Origin: an uncultured delta proteobacterium
Lineage (GTDB): Bacteria; Desulfobacterota; Binatia; UBA9968
Direction: 5' to 3'
NCBI GenBank assembly: GCA_963760795.1
Contig: CAVXEP010000012.1
Span: forward strand, 32,001 to 96,000
Length of the DNA stretch: 64,000 nucleotides
The notes below the pieces were generated by a model. That model was not told the DNA's origin. It worked only from the letters and a program-made list of their open reading frames with translations, and ran no database searches. How positions within the stretch are numbered: the stretch's first letter is position 1; every line of letters begins with the position of its first letter. Positions 49,002 to 58,143 of the stretch are shown here, one piece after another. The translations under genes were made by a program, and so were the position numbers.

Positions 49002-50327
49002 CTAGCTTTTTTCGGGCGCAGCATCAACTGCAGATATCGGTGCATCGACCTCTTTTATTTTAGCTCGCTCAAGCAAGAAGCTAAGAGTGCGATCAAACGC
49101 TATTTGCGCCCGCAGATCGTCGCGTGCGTCGGGGCGCGCATAGTATTCCCGCACGCCCTTGGCGCGATCACCGGCGCCACGCGCCAGATTATCGACCCGC
49201 TCTTGCAGCTCTTTGTCCGACACTTCGATGGTTTCCGCCTGAGCGATTTTTTCGACCAGTAACGTCGCCTGTACTTGACGGGCGGCGCGGCCTTCGAAGG
49301 TCTTGCGCGCCTCTTCCAAGGGCGGCGCCGGCTCTTCTGTCCCACCCGGATGTCCAGCCAATTGGCTTTGGTAACGCTCCATGAGATAGCGAGTCTGCCG
49401 TTCGATCATCGACGGCGGCGCGCTGATCGAGTGAGCCTCGATCAAACGGCTGATCATCTTATCTTTGAGATCTTCGTCCTGATAATGCTTGAGTTCATCC
49501 TCAAGCCGCTGACGAATCGCCGCTCGTAGGTCTGCCAACGAGCCATGCTCGCCGTGATCTTTGGCGAAATCATCGTCAAGCACCGGCAGGACTTTCTGTT
49601 TGATCTCACGAACGGTAAGCGCAAAGTCGACGGCTTTCGCGGCGATCTCAGCATTTGGGTAGTTGTCCGGATAGATCACCGGAACCGATTGCAGCTGGCC
49701 CACTTGTAAATCAATCACAGCCTCTTCGAACTGCGGCAACGTGTGGCCGGCGCCGACTTCGAGCACGTAGTTCTCGCCTTTGCCGCCGGCGAATGGCTTG
49801 CCGGCGATGGTGCCTTCAAAATCGACGGTAACGAAATCGCCCTTCTGAACGACATCGCGGCCTTCCACCAGCTCAAGGCGCGCATGGCCTTCTTGCAAAC
49901 GTTTGAGTGCCTCATCGACCTGCTCTTCGCTGATAGCGACCTTGACCTTTTCTACTTCGACTCCCAGATAATCTTTCAATTCGATGGCCGGCTTGATCTC
50001 GAAGACCGCCGAGAAGGAAAACTCCCCGTCTTCCTTGATCTCACCAGTCTCCACTTCTGGCCGTGAGACGATTTGCAAGTCTCGTTCTTTGACCACCTCC
50101 GCCAGGCATTCTTCCACCAGATGGGAGCGTACCTCGCCTTTGATATCTTCGCCGTAGATTCCCTGAAGCACGCCGCGCGGAATCTTGCCGGTGCGAAAGC
50201 CCTTAACTGTCACGCGCTGGCCAAGGTTTTTATATGCGTGGGAAAACTCTTTGGCGACCCGATCCGCCGGCAATTCGATGCTCACCTTGCGTTGGATCGG
50301 ACTCAATTCATCGATATCGACTTTCAT
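49002..50327 (-). CDS. tig: Trigger factor
   Basis: KGFRTGKIP ribosome-binding motif, FKBP domain; upstream of clpP. Confidence 0.96.
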   Translation of the reverse strand: MKVDIDELSPIQRKVSIELPADRVAKEFSHAYKNLGQRVTVKGFRTGKIPRGVLQGIYGEDIKGEVRSHLVEECLAEVVKERDLQIVSRPEVETGEIKEDGEFSFSAVFEIKPAIELKDYLGVEVEKVKVAISEEQVDEALKRLQEGHARLELVEGRDVVQKGDFVTVDFEGTIAGKPFAGGKGENYVLEVGAGHTLPQFEEAVIDLQVGQLQSVPVIYPDNYPNAEIAAKAVDFALTVREIKQKVLPVLDDDFAKDHGEHGSLADLRAAIRQRLEDELKHYQDEDLKDKMISRLIEAHSISAPPSMIERQTRYLMERYQSQLAGHPGGTEEPAPPLEEARKTFEGRAARQVQATLLVEKIAQAETIEVSDKELQERVDNLARGAGDRAKGVREYYARPDARDDLRAQIAFDRTLSFLLERAKIKEVDAPISAVDAAPEKS

Positions 50328-50466
50328 CTAATTTTCTTACGACAGAGGCGTTTGCGCTTTGACACAGGGCGAGCCCGGACTATACGGAATCTCGCAATGA
50401 GCGTTGGGCGGCAGCTTACCGTCAACCTTTCTATCTCGGTGTATATCGAACGAAGCAAACCTTTCT

Positions 50467-50549
50467 TGGTGCGAGAGGGGGGACTCGAACCCCCACGGTT
50501 GCCCGCTAGATCCTAAGTCTAGTGCGTCTGCCAATTCCGCCACTCTCGC
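50467..50549 (-). tRNA. tRNA-Leu(TAG)
   Basis: GCGAGAGTGGCGGAA...CTTAGGA..., variable arm, CCA. Confidence 0.95.
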
Positions 50550-50601
50550 ACGTCTTCCTGTCGCTGCAATTTGTCGATCCAGTTTCACCGACTAGGAGAG
50601 G

Positions 50602-50630
50602 AGAGTAAGAATTACCCGGTGGTAAGTCAA
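50602..50630 (-). promoter_or_regulatory. Putative sigma70 promoter of tRNA-Leu-tig-clpPX-lon
   Basis: TTGACT-17 bp-TACTCT about 50 nt upstream of the tRNA. Confidence 0.55.
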
Positions 50631-50948
50631 GCGCAGCAGGCGCAACTGGCGGCCATCGGGAGTGGAACTAATCCACGCCCAAGACCACTTGACAGTTCAG
50701 CATACTTAAGCAACGTATAGGCTAGTCTTCAGCGGTGTCGATATTGATATAACTCAATCCTTCCGGGTCAATACTTTGGCGCTGCTCCGCGCCAACGACC
50801 CAGGTCGCAACCTTGCTAGAGTCCAAAATAGGTGGGTCACAGAAGGTTATAAAACATCGAGCGCCCCGCCGTGATCGAATAGCGGACGGAAATCATCCAG
50901 CAAATGAAAGCAAGGACAGCAACTCACGCCCGGCGCCGACAAGAACTA

Positions 50949-51266
50949 CTAGCCGTCACCGCGCGCCCCAGCGCAGGCCGCGCAGGGACAAAGCGTCCGC
51001 AGATATTCGAAAGTATAGATTCCGGTGCTGTGACCATCATGCCATCGGAACTCGATGGCATAGTTGCCGACACCGTGAATCTCTTGAAGCTTCGCCTCGG
51101 GCACTGAAATAAATTGGCGCTGGGAGCCATGGCCCTGGCACATCGCACAGGGGCAGTACCCGCGCAGATAAGGCTCGTTATATTCGCCAATATGGCCGTC
51201 ATCCCAGGTGATGCGCACCACGCCGCGCGCTTTCACGTGATTTATCTCAGATGGATAAACAGCCAT
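50949..51266 (-). CDS. DUF971 / gamma-butyrobetaine hydroxylase-like N-terminal domain protein
   Basis: ITWDDGH...YLRGYCPCAMC...VGNYAIEFRWHDGHSTGIYTFEYLR. Confidence 0.85.
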   Translation of the reverse strand: MAVYPSEINHVKARGVVRITWDDGHIGEYNEPYLRGYCPCAMCQGHGSQRQFISVPEAKLQEIHGVGNYAIEFRWHDGHSTGIYTFEYLRTLCPCAACAGARGDG

Positions 51267-51269
51267 GGG

Positions 51270-51797
51270 TTAGAACTCCACCAAACCGTCACCGACGGCT
51301 GTCATAAAGCCGATCTTATGACGGTTGATCAAATAAGTCCGTGGCGGTGCGAGTTGCCGACCGAGAATCGTAGCATTGGTCAACGGTATGAATTGATTCT
51401 TTTCGAGCAGCAGATCGTACAACGCGCTGCCGGGAAGCAGATAGACGTCGCCCTGGATCAAGTACGGCCCCACGCTGATCAATGCCTTGCGGGTATTTTT
51501 TTTCCGATAAAGACCCTCGAGACCGGAGCGCTGCGACTGGCCGGCCGGACTTAAGTCGGCGATCAAAAAAACCTCACGCATATAGACGACATAATCGTTG
51601 GTGCGACTGGCGATCGGCTTGCCTGTGAGATCTTCCACGGTCGCATCCCGCAGCGAGAACACCTGGTCATCCTGGCGAACTAGGAGATGACTGCTGAGCC
51701 GGTCTTGGTTGGTCTCAAGCACGCCGCGCACCAGCGCCGCTGGAAGGTGAACCTCCATCGGCATCGTGTAACTCAGGCTTTGTTCCATGGCTGCCAT
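51270..51797 (-). CDS. Hypothetical protein with two similar beta-rich halves
   Basis: 175-aa ORF 3 nt upstream of the DUF971 gene; halves FSLRDATV and FIPLTNATI resemble each other. Confidence 0.7.
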   Translation of the reverse strand: MAAMEQSLSYTMPMEVHLPAALVRGVLETNQDRLSSHLLVRQDDQVFSLRDATVEDLTGKPIASRTNDYVVYMREVFLIADLSPAGQSQRSGLEGLYRKKNTRKALISVGPYLIQGDVYLLPGSALYDLLLEKNQFIPLTNATILGRQLAPPRTYLINRHKIGFMTAVGDGLVEF

Positions 51798-51962
51798 GTA
51801 GTTTCTCGGATCGTTGCCAGATCCTTAACCAGCGTCGAACTGTTACTAATGATAGCATACTGCTGCGGATAAATAACATCCAGCGATTTCGTGAAACCTA
51901 TGGTCGGACCGGACGATAGGCATCCAAGCCGGGTAGCGGTAAAAAAGATAGAGAAGAAAATT

Positions 51963-52038
<76 letters not shown>

Positions 52039-52123
52039 GCACGGATCAAACTAAATCTGGAAGATAGATCATTAAGGCCTGCGGCTATCAATCCTCGACC
52101 TTTGATCTTCGCCGAATTGAAAC

Positions 52124-52201
52124 TGGGGTGAGTGAAGGGACTTGAACCCTCAACCCCTGGAACCACAATCCAGTGCTCTAACCACTTGAGCTACACTCAC
52201 C
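52124..52201 (-). tRNA. tRNA-His(GTG)
   Basis: Encoded G-1, TTGTGGT loop, CCA. Confidence 0.95.
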
Positions 52202-52212
52202 GCAAAACAGTC

Positions 52213-52289
52213 TGGTGCGCCAGAAGGGATTCGAACCCATGACCTACGGCTTAGAAGGCCGTTGCTCTATCCAGCTGAGCTACTGGCGC
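52213..52289 (-). tRNA. tRNA-Arg(TCT)
   Basis: GCGCCAG...CTTCTAA...GGTTCGAA...CCA. Confidence 0.95.
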
Positions 52290-52295
52290 CCAATC

Positions 52296-52366
52296 GAGTA
52301 GCGAGTACTGAGTACTGAAGGGAATGCCCTTCTGCCCTACAGTACTCAGTACTCATAGCTCAGCAC
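52296..52366. repeat. Heptamer-repeat inverted repeat in tRNA spacer
   Basis: GAGTACTGAGTACTG (52303-52317) / CAGTACTCAGTACTC (52340-52354), flanked by further degenerate heptamers. Confidence 0.75.
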
Positions 52367-52380
52367 ATACCATTGTTCGT

Positions 52381-52457
52381 TGGTCGGGGCGAGAAGATTC
52401 GAACTTCCGACCCCCTGCGCCCAAGGCAGGTGCGCTACCAGGCTGCGCTACGCCCCG
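52381..52457 (-). tRNA. tRNA-Pro(TGG)
   Basis: CGGGGCG...CTTGGGC...GTTCGAA...CCA. Confidence 0.95.
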
Positions 52458-52498
52458 TCAATCAACCAGCGGCCATTCTACACTGGGTTTCAATCAAA

Positions 52499-53119
52499 TC
52501 AAGGTTCATTCGCCAAATCAACCAGCTGCGGCAATGCTTGAGCAAGTTTTTTCAGCGCTTTACCGCGATGACTGACCGTCGCTTTAGTTTCGCGGTCAAT
52601 CTCGCCGAAGGTTTTGCCAAAGGGCACATAGAAAAACAACGGATCGTAGCCAAAACCATTGATGCCTGTTAGTTCGCAGGTGATTAGCCCGTTGCAAGAC
52701 TCGCGCACGGTCCAGTCAGCCATGGCAAATCCTTCAGGCGCACAAAGCGCCAACGCGCAGACGAAACGGCTGGTGCGCTTCGCTTCGGCCACGCCAGTCA
52801 ATTCGCGCAGGAGCTTGCGATTGTTTTCGGCATCGTCACCTTCCCTGCCGCAGTAACGCGCCGAATAGATTCCCGGCGCGCCGCCCAGTGCCTCGACTTC
52901 CAGACCGGAGTCATCGGCTAATGTGAGCAACCCGGAAAAATCCGCCAAGGTGCGCGCCTTTTTAAGCGCGTTTGCTTCGAAGGTATCGCCATTCTCCACC
53001 ACCGCGGGTGGATCTTTTAAATCCCGCAAGGAACGAATCAGAATCGGACGTGAACTTAAAAACGCCTGAACTTCTGCCAACTTGCCTGGATTGGTCGTGG
53101 CAACGAGGAGTTCGATCAC
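52499..53119 (-). CDS. rdgB: XTP/dITP diphosphatase (non-canonical purine NTP pyrophosphatase)
   Basis: ATTNPGKLAE, ADDSGL, GFGYDPLF, SHRGKA. Confidence 0.96.
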   Translation of the reverse strand: MIELLVATTNPGKLAEVQAFLSSRPILIRSLRDLKDPPAVVENGDTFEANALKKARTLADFSGLLTLADDSGLEVEALGGAPGIYSARYCGREGDDAENNRKLLRELTGVAEAKRTSRFVCALALCAPEGFAMADWTVRESCNGLITCELTGINGFGYDPLFFYVPFGKTFGEIDRETKATVSHRGKALKKLAQALPQLVDLANEP

Positions 53120-53171
53120 GGATAGAATTTCCTTGCGAATTTTGCGTTCTTTGCGGCTACTTGATCTTCGC

Positions 53172-53906
53172 TTAAGCCAGGCCAGAGATCGCTTGCTTCT
53201 GGGCCTTGAGCAGCTCTTTGATACCGTCCTCGGCGATTTCCGCCATGCGCTCCATTTGTTTCTTGGTAAATGGCGCGCTCTCGGCAGTGCCTTGGACTTC
53301 GATAAACTTACCCGAGCCGGTCATGACGATGTTCATGTCGACATCGGCAGTGCTGTCTTCGAGGTAGCACAGGTCTAATAAAATCCGCCCTTCGACGATG
53401 CCGATACTCACCGCCGCTACGGCATCCTTTATAGGCGTTTGCAGCAGCTTGCCTTTGTCGAGCCAACTCTTGACCGCTTCCGCCACCGCCACATAGGCGC
53501 CGGTGATCGACGCCGTGCGCGTGCCGCCATCGGCTTGAATGACGTCGCAGTCGATCCAGATGGTCCGCTCGCCCAAAAGTTTCAAGTCGGCGATCGCGCG
53601 CAAACTGCGGCCGATCAGCCGTTGAATTTCATGGGTGCGGCCGCCAACCTTGCCGCGCGACGATTCGCGGCCGATGCGTTGCTGCGACGACCCCGGCAAC
53701 ATGCCGTACTCGGCGGTAATCCAGCCTTTGCCGCTGTTGCGGAGAAACGGCGGCACGCGCTCTTCGAGCTTGGCCGTGCAAATAACCTTGGTATCGCCCA
53801 TCTCGATCAATACCGAGCCGTCGGCGGTCTTGATGTAGCTCGGCGTGATCTTCAGCGTTCGCAATTGATTCTGTTTCCGTCCGTCGGCTCGCGGCTTTGC
53901 AATCAT
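53172..53906 (-). CDS. rph: Ribonuclease PH
   Basis: [35 protein letters not shown]. Confidence 0.98.
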   Translation of the reverse strand: MIAKPRADGRKQNQLRTLKITPSYIKTADGSVLIEMGDTKVICTAKLEERVPPFLRNSGKGWITAEYGMLPGSSQQRIGRESSRGKVGGRTHEIQRLIGRSLRAIADLKLLGERTIWIDCDVIQADGGTRTASITGAYVAVAEAVKSWLDKGKLLQTPIKDAVAAVSIGIVEGRILLDLCYLEDSTADVDMNIVMTGSGKFIEVQGTAESAPFTKKQMERMAEIAEDGIKELLKAQKQAISGLA

Positions 53907-53947
53907 TTTATTGTGACTTCTTTCTTACCTAATGCCCATTGCCTAGT

Positions 53948-55366
53948 TCAACTATTCAAATGAAACACTACCATCTTCAGTTCCGTCATCTCGTTGACCG
54001 CATACTTAGGCCCTTCCTTGCCGAAGCCGGAATCTTTCAGTCCGCCGTAGGGCATCAGATCGACGCGCCACTGCGAGCCCCAGTTGACGTGCAGATTGCC
54101 CGCCTCCGCTTCGCGCGCGAACTTCATCGCCCATTCGACGTTGTCGGTAAAAATCCCGGCGGCTAATCCATAAATACTGTCGTTCGCCAAGGCGATCGCT
54201 TCTTCAATCGTCTCGAACGGCGTCACCGCCACCGCCGGGCCGAACAACTCGTCGCGCGAGATGCGCATGTCAGGATGAACGTCTGCCACTACCGCCGGGA
54301 GATAAATCGCGCCGCGCCGCCCGCCGCCGGCGAACAACTTCGCGCCGCCGCTGACCGCCTCATTGATCCATTCATCGACACGCATGGCTTCACTTTCTTT
54401 CACCATCGGGCCGACCTTACTTTTCTCGTCGAGTTGGTTGCCGGTCGTCAACGCTTCCACTTTCGGCTTCAACGCGCTCAAGAGATCACCGTATACTCTT
54501 TTCGCCACCAATACCCGCTGTGTCGAGATGCAGGTCTGGCCGGCGTTGCCGTAACCGGTCATCGCTAAAACCGTCGCGACTTTTTCCATGTCGGCATCCG
54601 GCATGACGATCACCGGGCTATTGGAACCCAGCTCCATCGTGACCTTCTTGATGCCTGCCGTGCGGCAAATCCGCTCGCCGATCTCGCGGCTGCCGGTAAA
54701 CGTCACCTTGCGGACTCTACGATCGGCAACTAACGCGTCACCAATCTCGCCGCCTGAACCGGTGAGGCATTGAATCCCTTCCGGCGGCAAGCCTGCTTCA
54801 AGCAAAATCTCAGTCAATTTGATCGCCGACAACGGTGTATCGGAAGCCGGTTTGATAATGACCGTGTTACCCGCCGCCAGCGCGGGGCCAACTTTATGGC
54901 AGACGAGGTTTAATGGGAAATTGAACGGCGCGATCGCCGCGACGACGCCGCAAGGCACGCGCAACGTGAAGCCGAGTTTCTTGCCACCGGTGGGATCGGC
55001 ATCCAGCGGCACGGTCTCGCCGTGCAGCCGCTTGGCCTCCTCCGCTGAGCCCATCATGGTTTCGACGGCGCGCATCGCCTCGCCGCGCCCTTCGGCGATG
55101 ATCTTGCCCTCTTCTTGGGAAATGATTTGGCCCAGCTCTTCGTTACGCGCCGCCATCATGTCCGCCGCTTTGCGGAGAATCTTCCAGCGCTCGTAGCTCG
55201 ACAGCTTCGCCATCACCTTGGCGCCACGCTCGGCGAAGGCCAAAGCTTTTTCCAAATCGCCGGCATCCGCCTTCGGCACGGCGTCGATCACCGAGTCATC
55301 GAACGGATTGGTTACTTCGATCTTCTTCGCCTTATCGATCCACGCGCCCGCAACAAAATTTTTCAC
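53948..55366 (-). CDS. NAD(P)-dependent aldehyde dehydrogenase
   Basis: PFNFP, FTGS, MELGSNSP (Glu), GQTCIS (Cys), ELFGP. Confidence 0.93.
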   Translation of the reverse strand: MKNFVAGAWIDKAKKIEVTNPFDDSVIDAVPKADAGDLEKALAFAERGAKVMAKLSSYERWKILRKAADMMAARNEELGQIISQEEGKIIAEGRGEAMRAVETMMGSAEEAKRLHGETVPLDADPTGGKKLGFTLRVPCGVVAAIAPFNFPLNLVCHKVGPALAAGNTVIIKPASDTPLSAIKLTEILLEAGLPPEGIQCLTGSGGEIGDALVADRRVRKVTFTGSREIGERICRTAGIKKVTMELGSNSPVIVMPDADMEKVATVLAMTGYGNAGQTCISTQRVLVAKRVYGDLLSALKPKVEALTTGNQLDEKSKVGPMVKESEAMRVDEWINEAVSGGAKLFAGGGRRGAIYLPAVVADVHPDMRISRDELFGPAVAVTPFETIEEAIALANDSIYGLAAGIFTDNVEWAMKFAREAEAGNLHVNWGSQWRVDLMPYGGLKDSGFGKEGPKYAVNEMTELKMVVFHLNS

Positions 55367-55455
55367 GATGGCAAACCTCCGGATTTAATCTCAGATCTCA
55401 TATTGCAGATTTCACAACGTTCAATTAGAATTGTGCATTTCGCATTCTGCAATCT

Positions 55456-56409
55456 TCATTGCTCTTCAGTCTTAATTCGATAAAAACTCCGCCCGTACGC
55501 GCGGTGAAACGCGGTCCACTTCGATCCCGGCTCTTTCTCCGGCATGTTTTGGATCGCTTGAATCTTGCCGTCGAGGTCATCGAGGGAATGAAGGATCACA
55601 GCTTCGACGGTCTGCGGCAGCTTGGGCGAGCCGAATTCATAAGCGCCATGATGGCTCACCAGTAAATGCTTGAGCAGCAAAGCTAGCTCAGTGGGAAATG
55701 CCGCAATCGCATCGATCTTCTTGGTCACCATCTCCACTTCCATGACCAGATGGCCCAACAACTGCCCGGCGTCGGTGTAATCCACCGCCCGGTCGAAAGT
55801 AAACTCGTAAACCTTGCCGATGTCATGGAGAAAGCCGCCCATCAGCAACAGGTCGACATCGACGCCTTGGTAATTCTCGACGACTTTTTGAATCAGCTTC
55901 ATCAAGGAAAGCGTATGCTCCAACAAACCGCTTAAATAAGGATGATGAATCGTCTTGGCCCCCGGCGCCTGGCGCAACAAGCGCATCAGCTCCTCGTCGG
56001 CGAAGCAGGCCTCCGCCAGGGCGAGCAGATGGGGATTTTTCATGCCACGGAGAATCGTTTGCAGTTCCTCAAGCATCGACTGCGGATCGAAAGCGCTCTT
56101 GGGCAAGAAATCCTCCGGCGCGATCTTTGACTCATCGACGCGCATGACATCTTGCACGCGTAACTGCATCTTGCCCTGATAAAGCGTCGCTTGGCCGCGC
56201 ACACGAACAAAATCATTTTTGTCGAAGCCGCGGCCGAGATCGTCGGCGCGCTCCCACACCCGCGCCTCGATGTCGCCAGTGCGGTCGATCAGCTTCAACG
56301 TCAGATAACTGTTGCCGGTCTTAGTCACGCCATGAGTTTTCGCCGCAACCAAAAACATGGCATCGACCGCTTGATTGTCGCGAATATCGGCAGCAAAGAG
56401 AGACTTCAT
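55456..56409 (-). CDS. yhaM: YhaM/Cbf1-family 3'-5' exoribonuclease (OB-fold + HD domain)
   Basis: N-terminal OB fold (YLTLKLIDRTGDIEARVW), HHPYLSGLLEHT, LHDIGK, SHHG..EFGSP. Confidence 0.88.
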   Translation of the reverse strand: MKSLFAADIRDNQAVDAMFLVAAKTHGVTKTGNSYLTLKLIDRTGDIEARVWERADDLGRGFDKNDFVRVRGQATLYQGKMQLRVQDVMRVDESKIAPEDFLPKSAFDPQSMLEELQTILRGMKNPHLLALAEACFADEELMRLLRQAPGAKTIHHPYLSGLLEHTLSLMKLIQKVVENYQGVDVDLLLMGGFLHDIGKVYEFTFDRAVDYTDAGQLLGHLVMEVEMVTKKIDAIAAFPTELALLLKHLLVSHHGAYEFGSPKLPQTVEAVILHSLDDLDGKIQAIQNMPEKEPGSKWTAFHRAYGRSFYRIKTEEQ

Positions 56410-56427
56410 CTGAACATCCTCCCAGTT

Positions 56428-56727
56428 TTAATTGATCGCTTGCGCCAAGTCGTACAAGGAGCGAACCAAGAAACGCTGCAAAAACATCACCGCCAGCCAA
56501 ACCGCAATCGCCGAAAAATCGAAGCCGCCGGAGGACAGCGGCAATTTCTCCCGCACCCGCGCCAACACCGGCTCCGTGGCGCTGTGAAGGAAGCGGATCA
56601 ATGGATTATTCGGATCAGCATTAATGTAAGAAATCACCACACGAGCCAATAATATCCAAGCATACGCCCACAGGACGTAGTCGAGAATCTGCGCCACCGC
56701 AACCAGCAAATTAGCGATCAGAAACAT
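56428..56727 (-). CDS. yggT: YggT family membrane protein
   Basis: DPNNPLIRFL...TEPVL...DFS. Confidence 0.9.
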   Translation of the reverse strand: MFLIANLLVAVAQILDYVLWAYAWILLARVVISYINADPNNPLIRFLHSATEPVLARVREKLPLSSGGFDFSAIAVWLAVMFLQRFLVRSLYDLAQAIN

Positions 56728-56733
56728 GGGTCA

Positions 56734-57426
56734 TCATCCCCGCGGCCCAAAGAGCGCCGTGCCGATGCGCACGATAGTCGCGCCCTCTTCGATCGCCACG
56801 GTAAAGTCGTGGGTCATGCCCATGGACAACTCTTTAAGACGCACGTGGGGTAAATTCAGTGAATTGAGCGAGTCGCGCAACTCGCGCAGCTCGCGAAAGT
56901 ACGGCCGCACCTCTTCCAGATTCTCGCGAAACGGCGGCACGGTCATCAGCCCTTGGACTCTCACGTGGGCCAAACCGGAAAGCTTTTCTAACAAGCCAGC
57001 GACTTCAGCTTTGGCAATCCCAGACTTACTCTCCTCACCCGCCAGATTTACTTCGATAAGCGCACGCACAATCTTGCTTCGTTTCGCCGCCTCTTTGTCC
57101 AATTCCCGCGCCAGCGCCAAATTATCCAACGACTCGACGACGTCGAACAACTGCACCGCCAGCTTGGCCTTATTGCGTTGCAAATGGCCGATCAGATGCC
57201 ACTCGACCTTGGCTTGCGCCAATAGGTTCTTCTTCTCCTGCGCCTCTTGGACGTAATTCTCACCGACCAGCGCCACTCCCGCCGCCAGCGCAGCGCGGAG
57301 CGAATCCACCGGCTGCGACTTCGAAGCCGCCAGCAGCCGAACCTCGCGCGCATTCCGCCCCACCTTCGCCGTCGCAACAGCAATGCGCTCAACAATCGCC
57401 CGATAGTTCGCCCCGACATCGATCAT
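56734..57426 (-). CDS. yggS: PLP homeostasis protein
   Basis: AASKS, GENYVQE, WHLIGHLQRNK, LSMGMTHD, VRIGTALFG. Confidence 0.96.
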   Translation of the reverse strand: MIDVGANYRAIVERIAVATAKVGRNAREVRLLAASKSQPVDSLRAALAAGVALVGENYVQEAQEKKNLLAQAKVEWHLIGHLQRNKAKLAVQLFDVVESLDNLALARELDKEAAKRSKIVRALIEVNLAGEESKSGIAKAEVAGLLEKLSGLAHVRVQGLMTVPPFRENLEEVRPYFRELRELRDSLNSLNLPHVRLKELSMGMTHDFTVAIEEGATIVRIGTALFGPRG

Positions 57427-58143
57427 GAGGGCAATTGCTTACCACAACGCCGGAGGGATTTCACACACCAGCGAATTTCAACGATTGCCGCTGATGGAGC
57501 AAAACAAAGCGACGTAACATCTCCGGGCGAAAGGACAGCAAGCCGCGTGTCGGCCGCTAACATTCCGTGCGGCCAAAGTGAGACCGCCAATCATAGTGGC
57601 ACCGAAACAAAGCGGCGGGCAGGATGGGAGCAAAACCGAAATATTTCTATCGACGAGCTTTATTTCGATCCCCCTAACGAACAGGCGGGCGAGGTTGGCC
57701 TAGCAATCCGTTTCGTCATGATCGGCGCGTCGCATTATTTCGATAGAGACGGAAGCGATAATCCAAGAACTCATAACTGATGCCTTCCGGTTAATGAGGG
57801 ACTTTTAGCCTGGGTTCTTGTGTTCTGTTAAAAGACCCCCGTTATTCGGCTTATCGCCTTCGTAACAGCCAACGATCAACACGTCGAACGGATACGGACG
57901 TGTTATTCGCCAGAGGCAAAACTCCAAGACCGACATCCCTTGCCCGTGTCGGGCCGTATCGCCCATCTACCTCTTCATGCCCGAAATCAGAATCATCCTT
58001 AATTGCACAAGCTAGTAGTTTGAGGAGTAAGGCAGCAAAACTGACCGCGGACTTCTACGGCACGGCATTAGCTCATGGTCCTTCGTACTCTGCCCGAATT
58101 ATTGAGTGAAGGGCTAACTCGGTGGCAATCCGTTTGAGGCAGT

